Shown: one piece after another, positions 54,614 through 64,000 of the stretch
Position numbering within the stretch: position 1 is the stretch's first letter
Layout of the letters: each line of letters starts with the position of its first letter
Source of the DNA: Chrysomallon squamiferum
Taxonomy: Eukaryota > Animalia > Mollusca
Reading direction: 5' to 3'
Length of the DNA stretch: 64,000 bases
Assembly: GCA_012295275.1 (NCBI GenBank)
Contig: CM022673.1
Coordinates: 25,048,001 to 25,112,000 of the forward strand
Position numbers and translations under genes: made by a program
Notes under the pieces: model-generated
The model's input: the letters and a program-made list of their open reading frames with translations, nothing else
Databases searched by the model: none
What the model was told of the DNA's origin: nothing

Positions 54614-55681
54614 ATATATATATATATAGCCACATTAGGGAGAAGTAAGGTTTTGTAAAGGTGAAATAAGACAATAAGATATAATCAAGACTCTCTTGAG
54701 AACATAAATCAAACATCTACAAATATGCTTCAATATTCTGTTTCTCATAAAAGCCAGGCCCTTAGCAAAATATTTTATACAGACTCATGCCATAAGAGGA
54801 AAAATTGTTTAACAAAAATGTTATTCTTATGAGCATTTATGATTGTTTATGATTATCTGTAGTCTCTTTCCTAGAGTCTTGATTGTGGGGACCCCTACTT
54901 GAGTAGATTTGTAAATCTAATCTTTACAGTACATGTAATTAATGTTCAGTCATTTATCATGTCCATCTCAGTTCAGTTAATCCTGAATACAAATTTTTAA
55001 GAAATGTGTTTACTGTCAAGCTATAATCTCAACAGTAAAACAGTGCATTTTTACAATTATTTAGGTATTCACATGATCTTCTCCCAAGTGTCCAGCAAGT
55101 GATGGGCAGCTGTTTCAGTATTCCTAGAAACAAAGTCTGTACCATTTAATGAATGGCATAAGAGGCAGATCTGTGTTTTATTGTCATCAAAAAATTCCAG
55201 TGAGGCTCCCAGAAAAACAAAGAAGGACTATTAATAGTTACTCCTGTTTCTTTGGAACTGAAAATGATGAAAATGGATAACTCAACAGGATTATTTTTAA
55301 CAAACTATTTTTGGTTGTTATTTATTTATTCAGTCCCTTAGGTTCATAAAATTATAGATAAAAAAAAAAAAATTGAATAGATATTTTTTAAAAACTAAAA
55401 CAAAAAAATTTCCTCCAATGGTTTTTTAATAAATATAATTTGATGTAAAAAACATGGGAAGTCCAGTGGAAAATTGTAAAATGTTGTTGTATGATCACTG
55501 GATGAAATGGAGGCAAAAGGTATAGATACTTGCATCTGCCAAATCCCACTGATTTTTAATTTTTTGTTTTTTAAAAAAGAAGAAAGAAGGCAACTCAGAT
55601 CTTCACCATGGGTAAAAGTATAGCAAAGTCAAGTACAACAGGGCAACTATTTTGCCCTTATTGCCCCATTTTGCTTTAGCC

Positions 55682-55684
<3 letters not shown>

Positions 55685-55741
<57 letters not shown>
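55685..55741. repeat. (CA)n microsatellite
   Basis: Directly visible. Confidence 0.97.
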
Positions 55742-55743
<2 letters not shown>

Positions 55744-56312
55744 TTTAGAGTTAGAATTATATTAAAAACAAAATGGTCATCGAAAATTCATAGTATACAG
55801 TATTTCCACAGACATAATCTTTTTTGACCCAGGCTGAAACACAGAACTGGTATAAAGAGTTAACAGGAAGGTTTTTACCTTGTAACATATTCTTAATTCA
55901 AAAGATTGCATTGTATATATAGTCTGAGTTAAAGTAATGAGATTTGTGTTTATTAAAATTTCCTCATGTTGGTTTCCCTGTTCCAAAGTACTACCTAATG
56001 TTTGTTATTCATCCTCAGTGTCTCAGCATATATTTCTGTTATATGAGTACTTGCATAGTTCTAGTGGTATCTGTATAAATAAATTCCCTGTAAGTCAGTC
56101 GTCAAAGAATTGTCTCCCTTTACCTTAATGTTAAGGCCTGTGCATGCTAACTAAATATAAACTGACCAAAGAGATGTTTTCATGCAACCTTGGAATTTGG
56201 TAAACATATCAATATATTCACACCTATTTTCTTAAGATCTGGAGGCAGAAAAAAGATTATTTGTCTTAGAAAACAGATCTACTGATGTTAAAGAACTAAT
56301 TTCCAAATGTGA

Positions 56313-56602
56313 AAAGGAAGGAATGAAATGTTTTGTATAGTATTGCACTCAACACATTTTATTTATGTTTGTCAGGATTATGATATTAAGGATTACTCAG
56401 ACAACTAGAGAGGAAACCTTTCATGGACTATTCTTTTGCAGTTAGCAGCAAGGGATGTTCTACATGCAGCATGATAGCACATACCACAGCATTTGTTACT
56501 TCAGTTTTGGAACACTGGTTGGAACGAGAAATAGCTGAATGGTTTCACCACAGTGATTAATCCAACAACATACCACCCTTATTCAGACACTGATCTACAT
56601 CT
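56313..56602 (-). mobile_element. Near full-length decayed tRNA-derived SINE
   Basis: aaggaaggaatgaaatgtttt...gcactcaacacattttattta...gagaggaaacc...ttagcagcaagggat...gatagcacataccacagc...cactggttggaacgagaaatagc. It shares colinear blocks with eight other fragments in the window and ends in a short-repeat tail. Family assignment is from memory of a gastropod SINE. Confidence 0.75.
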
Positions 56603-59417
56603 CTGTCAGAAATGTGAACACACAAGATGTTGCTATTAAAATTTGTTCATGCTATATTTCCTGATGCAGAATATATTTCAGTATTAGTCCTACAAACCTA
56701 ACATAGAAATAATTCTAATAAAATTTTAAAATCCTAGATATTCTTAACAATATAATCTATGTCACATATGTGCACTATCTTGTGTAATAAAAGAACTTGA
56801 CATTTTTTAATACATTCATGTTTTCTTTTAGTCACTCAGTGATATAAAGTATAAACTTTCTGAAAATGTCAATACGATATCAAAAACATTAAACTTTGGT
56901 ATCCTAACAATGAAATATTACACTAATGACGTTTTTTAAGCATAAAATATAAATCCTGATAGATTAATGAACAAGAAGATGATGCTAAGTGAAAATAATG
57001 CCATGTATCTTTTTTTGTCCTGAAGAACTTAGAAGAAATATGATTTAACCCAACAGAACATACTTTTAAGGAATAACTGGTGTTGAAGTTACATCAAATA
57101 GAAAACTAAAATGGGTAATATTCACATAGTTATCTAGAGATGTGGATCAAACTCTTTAGGCATTGATGAATTTTATTGATATTTGTCACTATATAATCTA
57201 AATTTATTTCTTTTTCTTTGGAGTTTCAGTTCAGAAACTGTTTTCTAATGCAATGGTGCATTTTTTAAAAACCCATGAATTCTAAGATTTTATGATTCAT
57301 TCTGTTGGTTCTGCTACTTCTATTTTGTATCACCTAATGAGAAATAAAATATTTATCTCTTTTATTATATTGTGTAAATCTCTTTTCAAGAATGGCAACC
57401 ATGTCTAGAGGGGGATTAAGTTATTGGCCATTACCTCAAACAATACCTGGTTCCAGCTGAGTTATACAGTAAAATGTATCTGCTATTTCAAAAACTGACA
57501 AATATTTATGAAGCTTCCACAAGAAGCACGGAACAGAACACGAAACAAATTATTAATTTAGCTTAAAATACTCATTTAATGTGTGTTTTTCACACTGTCT
57601 TCAAACAGTGACAAAAAACAGATGTGGTAAAACAGAATTTTGCTTCATCATCATTTTTTTTTTTTTCTACTTTTTGTTTTATGTTTTGAAACAATCTGTT
57701 AGTGAAATATAATACAAGGACAGTAGAAATAAATAAATAAATAAATATTAATGAGATTTCTGTCATGGATTTTTCCAAATTATTTACAGCTTTTTTTAAT
57801 AATTTTATCACAACAGTAGATTTTAAAAGTGAATTTTATTATGAAACAAAAGTATAAAACTCAACAGCCAGGTTTTCCTACAGAATAAATAAGTAATTCA
57901 TAAGGTAAGTGTCTAACATTTAATTGTGGTTTTATTTACTTAACTCCAAAAGAAATAATTAATCAAATTGTGACTTGAATTTTAATTAGAATTTGCATTT
58001 TCATTTCCTTTTTTTTAATATCACTTGTGTTCTACCTACTGAGATATTTTGTGTTTATCAAATATTTTGTTCTTCTCAAGGCTTTTATCCCTTATGTGAA
58101 AGGACATGTGAAGATGTCTATAAACATGCCAACTGATAAAAACTGATTAGGAAATATTTACAGTGGATTTTCATCTTTGAATGTACAAAAAACCAGATAA
58201 TCATTGCCTAGTAATATATTAATATCTAAAACATATTATGTTAAAATTCCGAGGTTTTATTAAAATTCATTAATTCGTCAGTCTTTACTGTTGAAGATCA
58301 TTTATTCATAGATGATGCTGTAACGTTGCAAATGTTTGAGATTTGAGTAACTGATTAAAACCGTGGGGAATGTTTTCAATGAAAATGTCACTGAATGAAG
58401 TGGAGACTTGGTTGCAGGTGAGTTAACATGCTCTGCCATGCACTGTTCACCTAAATACCAGACAGCACTTCAACTCAGTTCGGTAATCTACACAGCAGAG
58501 TCAGGACTGAAATAACACATTTCACAAAGTGTGAAACCAAGTGAAAAACTCTAGCAAAAAGAGTCTTTGTAAAGACGAAGGAGGGAACGTGTGGTGTTGT
58601 GAGCCATTAAAACTTCACTAACTGCACCCAGGTTTACCAGGAGGATATTACACTATCTGGTAATAAAATGCATGCAAATATGAATGATGAAATCAGAAAT
58701 GAAAATTAAATTAACTATTTTTGTAACCAGTGAAAATGGAATAGAAAGATTGAAATTGGTTATTATCGGTTAGTAAGAAGAGGAATGGTAGATCGGCATA
58801 CACACACACACCTCATATTACAGCTTAACTGATGCAATACATACAGACTGACGAAATCACACAAAATCACACGAAATTTGATAATGACAACAATAAAAAT
58901 TTTTTTTTTTTTTTTAAAAAGGACAACACAAGAAAATTGTTGTGCAAATTAAATGGTTTAGTAAGAAAATGAAAGGTTGCTGTGTATAACTCCAAAACCT
59001 ATTTCCATATTTGACACTTTCTGAAAAGATGCCCAAAATCTTCTGACATACTATTAAGCTGGTGTACTATATTGCAATAAGGATGTTTTTTTTTTTTTTT
59101 TTCTACTGTGACTAATATTTTTTAAATATCCGGTATTTAGTGGTAAACATTTCAGGATATGAAGAATTAAAAACAAACATATCCCCAGTAATTAACTGTG
59201 TGCTGTGTCTCTTCTTGATCATTATTATTATAAATAACTGAATAATATTACTAATGATATGAATCTTATAAAAGAAAAAAATTACATGTGCATGCATGTG
59301 AGTATTTTTGTGTGTATGTGTATAAACATGTGCATGTGAGTGTTTTTGTGGATATCCATGTGTTTGTGTTTGTGAGTGTGTGTGTGTGTGTTTGACAAAT
59401 GTTTAAAATCAACTTAC

Positions 59418-59486
59418 CCTTTCTAATTCAATTTTTCTTTTCTGTTGTGACTGAAGCCATTTTGTTGGAGTCGTTTCAAGCTCCAT
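59418..59486 (-). CDS. First coding exon, 23 codons, phase 0 (MELETTPTKWLQSQQKRKIELER); host gene unidentified
   Basis: aaacATGG start, open frame, consensus donor AGG|gtaagt, and CpG-retaining upstream block (59470-59760). Too short for the ORF track. Confidence 0.65.
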
Positions 59487-59489
59487 GTT

Positions 59490-59770
59490 TTTTTTTTGCA
59501 GTGAGATTCTCTCTCAAAGACAGTTAATATTCCTCACCTGCCAGCACAGGATGTTATTTATCCAGGTTTCCACACGTGGGATAGTTCACAATGCAAACTG
59601 TACACTTTACTAAAGTTAATCTACGTTCACCGCGATTAGTCCATGTCAAAGTCACTAACAACAGAATCATTGTGTGCACATCTATGTATCAGTAGATACA
59701 TCCTAATGAAAAATGTTTTATATTTTCTGCTATTTTTATTAGTTAACGCAAAACGCAGTGAACCACTGTC
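59490..59770 (-). promoter_or_regulatory. Probable 5'UTR and promoter of the 59.4 kb exon
   Basis: Cluster of CpGs (cacgtg at about 59573, ctacgttcaccgcgat, taacgcaaaacgc) in an otherwise CpG-poor context. Confidence 0.35.
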
Positions 59771-60169
59771 AGTTGTTTTGATCATCTGTCCAACTTTGAA
59801 TGTGGTGCACAGCTGTAAATACAGAACAAAGGTAAAGTAGAAAAAAAAATGAAAAAAAAACCTCCCAGTGCAATCTGTTTACTGCATGTTGTTACGTGTC
59901 TGTATTTGAACTTACCTATGTGTGTGTGTGTGCGTGTGTGCGCGTGTGTCTGTATGTGTGTGTGTTTGTGTGTGCAGATGTGACAGTGAAAAATCTCAGC
60001 AAAGTCAGTCTAATGGCCATGAGAAAGCTGTTACATGTTTGAACCTGAATGTTGAAAAAGTTCAACAAATCAATCAACTGTGATGATTAACAGTGAAAAG
60101 ATTTAAAAGACCCAACTGACTGGAACCTCGCTTAGTAATGAAATAGTCAGTGATCAAAATTAAATTAAA

Positions 60170-60555
60170 TGTGTTTTTGTGTGTGTGTGTGTATGTAATT
60201 GTGAGTGTGTGTTTGTGTTTATATATGTGTGTATAGGTATGTATTTATATTTGTGTATGTATGTGTATATATGTATGTGTTTATAATGTATCTGTGTGTT
60301 TGTGTTTATATATGTGTGTATAGGTATGTATTTATATTTGTGTATGTATGTGTATATATGTATCTGTTTATAATGTATCTGTATGTATATGTATGTATGT
60401 ATGTATGTTTGTTTGTGTATATATGTCTTTGTACATATATATGTGTGTGTGTGTGTGTGTGTTTATATGTGTATGTATGTATGTATGTATGTATGTATGT
60501 ATGTATGTATGTATGTATGTATGTATGTATGTATGTATGTATGTATGTATGTACA
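60170..60555. repeat. TG/TA-rich low-complexity block containing a duplication of about 87 bp and (TATG)n
   Basis: Directly visible. Explains the VCMY-repeat ORFs. Confidence 0.95.
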
Positions 60556-61308
60556 TGTTTGTTTATTTTTATCTCTTACATAAAGCCATCTAAACATGTT
60601 TACATTTTCCCAGTTTTTTCTGTTAGGCTTTACCAAGTACCACAGTCAGAATCAGTGCCAATCAGATCATCTGAAATTAATTGTTAATTATTTATTTATT
60701 TATTTAAGTCACTTCTATAATAATTTGTTTTAATTTTTTTGTTTTAAGTGTAGGTGTTGATTGTATTTATGTACAATATACAATAGTTTCTGCACAGTAC
60801 ACACCACAAGTGACAAAAATTGACCAAAAGCACTTCAATGTCAAGGTTACAATTATATTCAGCACGTTTTATTATACTGACAGTGGATGCATGTTCATAT
60901 ATTGTTATGCAGTCCAGGTTAACAAGGGCTGTCTGTCTGTACCATGTGTGTTTGTGTGTCTATATTTATCTATGAATCATCACTTGTAAGTAAATGCACT
61001 CATGCACAGTTTATTATATATTACGATATTAACTGCAGGCTCAGGAATACGTGTATCTGTTTTAGATCATATTGTATGCTAAAAATGTTTTAGTATATAC
61101 AAAATTAATGAGAACAATTAGGAGATAGGGTAATAAGAAAAAATTGACAAATAAAAAAAATAAATAAATAAATCTACATAATCATGTTTCAGTAACTGTA
61201 CAAGCTGTGTAACAGAGCTGTTGAATTGATTCTTATTAATGGACTGACTGAGCTATTTCTCATTCTAGCTGAACTCCACAACTGATATTAATAATGTAAT
61301 AATGGGAT

Positions 61309-61309
<1 letters not shown>

Positions 61310-61360
<51 letters not shown>

Positions 61361-61378
61361 GATAGATAGATAGATATA
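61310..61378. repeat. Compound (TG)n(TA)n(GATA)n microsatellite
   Basis: Directly visible. Confidence 0.95.
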
Positions 61379-61379
61379 C

Positions 61380-61452
61380 ATATACTATCCTGTCTATGGA
61401 TGTTGCATAAAAAAAAAATCCTTGCTCCTAATCAGAAAAAAAAATAACCCCT
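61380..61452 (+). mobile_element. SINE core fragment
   Basis: ctatcctgtctatggatgttgcataaaaaaaaaatccttgctcctaatcagaaaaa matches the family core. Confidence 0.6.
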
Positions 61453-62949
61453 CATATCATTTGATTACTTATATTATTAGTTAATGCTACATTTTCTCAT
61501 AAGAAAAATCACTTTCATTTAATATTTCTAACTCATATAAGTTACGACTAATGACTGCATCAGTGTGAGTTTCTTTGTGTTTGTCTGTGCATATAAGTGT
61601 GTTGGGGGTCCATTTATACCTTCCTAACAACCAAAAAGCATCATTATAATTGAACAGCATGCAAGCTTGAATCCTAAAAGCTTAAAAGATAACGAGTAAT
61701 ATCCTGATTTAGTTTCACTTAACATGATACATCTGTGTTGTATAAAATAACAAAAAAAAAAAAAAAAAAAAAAAAGTTACTAATTATTCTTTTTTAACTA
61801 CTGGTTTTTGTATATATACCAGACATAAAATGAAGATTATTATGAAAGATATCATTTTAACTACAGGCAGATAATTTATCTCACACTGAAAAGTAATAAT
61901 AATAATAATAAAGATATAAAAAATAAAAAAAAAGTTTCATCAAGAGTCATAATACATGAATTATATGACAAGCCAGATAAGAAAAAATAAAATTTATTTT
62001 TTAACAGAAATGTATTAAGTAAAGGAACAAAGAAAACAGGCAACGACAGGTTTGTTGCAAAAACTGATATTAAAATAACGCAAGTCTTGTATATTAAAAA
62101 TGTATTAAAAATGTTCAATAATAATTCTGCTCTCTTATTCTGATTCACCAACATAAATTATATGAAATTTTTTATTTTTCACTCCACCATAATGTAGTTT
62201 ATTTTGACTGAATAATTTTACAAAGTTTGATTATTTCATATAAAAATATCTGTGAATTCTAATAAAATATTTAGGAATTCAAAGATGAAAACGTGCATGT
62301 TATAAATGCAATTGCAAAAGCCCTGTGACTCAGCCTGGTGAGTGTATTTCTTTTTTCAACTTTTGTTAGCTAAATTGTCTTCTGTGAACTCAAAATAGCT
62401 GAAGCAATAATAAAAAAAAAACTTGTAGCATAACAAATAAAGTTTTCACAATATTCTCATGTTCAGCATCTTTCTAAATATTTAATTTTAGAAAACAGAC
62501 TCTTAAATCAGAATATCTTTAAGTCTTTAATCAGTGGATTTCTACATTTTTCAAACCATGACCCCTTATGAGCATCTCAATATGATTGATGACCCCCCTT
62601 TAAAATTTTTGATTCGATAATATCTAGGGTTACCATATTTTCATCAACCAACAGGAATCTATATTCACTATGACAGGTCCCAAAGCTATTTACACATTTT
62701 TATTTATTCTTTCTTCCACATCAAGTTGAAAAAAGCTAAAACATATCCTCACTCAAGAACGATCTCGCAAAACCTTAGAAAAAAAGGCTATGCACTAAAT
62801 AATGTATTTCCATCTTCAGTGATGTCAAACATCTGACTCATGTATTTAATCACTTATTTTCCACTTCACTGACTTCAGATTTCTCTAAAACAACTATTGG
62901 CTGTAAAAATAACAGATCTTGATATGTGATAAAATTTTAATTTTCTTAC

Positions 62950-62970
62950 CTTATCCATATAGAAATCCAT
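62950..62970 (-). CDS. Candidate short first coding exon (MDFYMDK), phase 0
   Basis: gaaATGG AT TTC TAT ATG GAT AAG|gtaaga, with an upstream in-frame TGA and a possible acceptor tttctcactgtttag about 30 nt upstream. It could alternatively be a 51-nt phase-2 exon or chance. Confidence 0.35.
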
Positions 62971-63346
62971 TTCTCTGTAGCTTTTTGTTTCCTTTCAATG
63001 CTAAACAGTGAGAAATATTTTACCTGAAAGAAATTTGTGGAAATAGTATTTAAAAGATTCCTTTGAATTTGTCATTCAGTTACGTCATATTTCTGTGTCA
63101 TTATAACAAACAGTTATAACACACAGTGGCGTATCTAAGATGTGGCAGATACAGTACATGCCCCAGGCACCAATAATCTGATTGTTATTATGGTAAAGTT
63201 ATCTAAAAGATGGGTGATGTTTGCAGTTTGACATAGGTGCTGTTTTCTTTAAATCATATTAAATGTTTGTATTGAACACACTCTGTTTGTTCCATGACTT
63301 ACAAAATACTTTATTTTCAAAATATTAATTTAAAAAAATAAAATAA

Positions 63347-63347
<1 letters not shown>

Positions 63348-63404
<57 letters not shown>

Positions 63405-63417
63405 TTAATAATAATAA
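63348..63417. repeat. (TAA)n microsatellite
   Basis: Directly visible. Confidence 0.97.
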
Positions 63418-64000
63418 TTTTTTAGTATTTAAAATACAAATAAAATTTCTTGTGGTTTTTATTATACAAATAAAATTAAAAATAATAAATTAATGTATAT
63501 TTCTTTAATGGTACATTTTGTTAATTATACATTTTTGTATAATATTATCTGAAGATATTATTTCTTAAGTTATTTTCTATAGGTTAACAAAACATAATAT
63601 TTTAAATGATTAATCAGTAAATAGGATAAAAAACAACATTCCATTGAGAGGTTGGTTACCTTTGGGGCACTAATTAAAACATGAAATAACAAAATGGCAC
63701 ACTGCAAAATATTAGTTCTGTGCCTATCTGTATTCTGCAATGTACATTTATTTTTAGAACAATAACATATCTGAATACAATAAATTAAAAATGTAACAAA
63801 CCGTTTATTAATGTTTAACCAGAACACGATTCTGTAAGTTATTATTTATTTGTTATCGTTGTTATTTATAATCAAATATTTAAAATTCTGCTAATAAAGT
63901 TTGGTCTACTCGCTTTTTAATAGAATGAGTATGGCGCTTAATATTGTACGTTCTTGTGTTAATTTTGTTGTTTTAATTATTATTATTATTTATTTAATTA

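Noticed and set aside
25654-59486. Assigning a gene name (for example PDE4, PKA-C, AMPK gamma or MITF)
   Set aside because: The N-terminal peptides match nothing I recognise and no conserved domain exon lies in the window.
6125-60687. ORFs rich in ER, HT, CV, poly-I, poly-L, poly-F or VCMY repeats
   Set aside because: They are translations of microsatellites and homopolymer tracts.
62531-62600. Possible hAT/MITE terminal remnants (cagtggatttctacatttttcaaaccatgacccc; similar hints at 21517, 55640-55684 and 63124-63172)
   Set aside because: Only single decayed ends were seen. No paired TIRs or target-site duplications could be identified.

Overview
AT-rich, CpG-depleted, microsatellite-rich metazoan genomic DNA. 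The dominant SINE resembles, from memory only, a family found in deep-sea peltospirid gastropods, so a mollusc is likely. Almost the whole window reads as intron sequence of one large minus-strand gene. Nearly all ORFs in the supplied track are simple-repeat artefacts. The real coding signal is a series of unrelated minus-strand 'ATG to GT donor' exons. Three are well supported (59418-59486, 43836-43988, 25654-25839) and several very short ones are weaker (62950, 46958, 3931, 2578, and possibly one running off the left edge). The three good exons and three of the short ones all end in phase 0. I found no convincing shared internal exon between them, which suggests a cluster of alternative promoters and first exons splicing to a common exon left of the window. 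I cannot name the gene. Also present: a decayed Tc1/mariner transposase fragment (about 17.6-18.0 kb), about nine decayed copies of one tRNA-derived SINE, a 1.1 kb minisatellite with a 28-bp unit, and several local duplications. No CRISPR array, rRNA, intact tRNA or prokaryotic system is supported.
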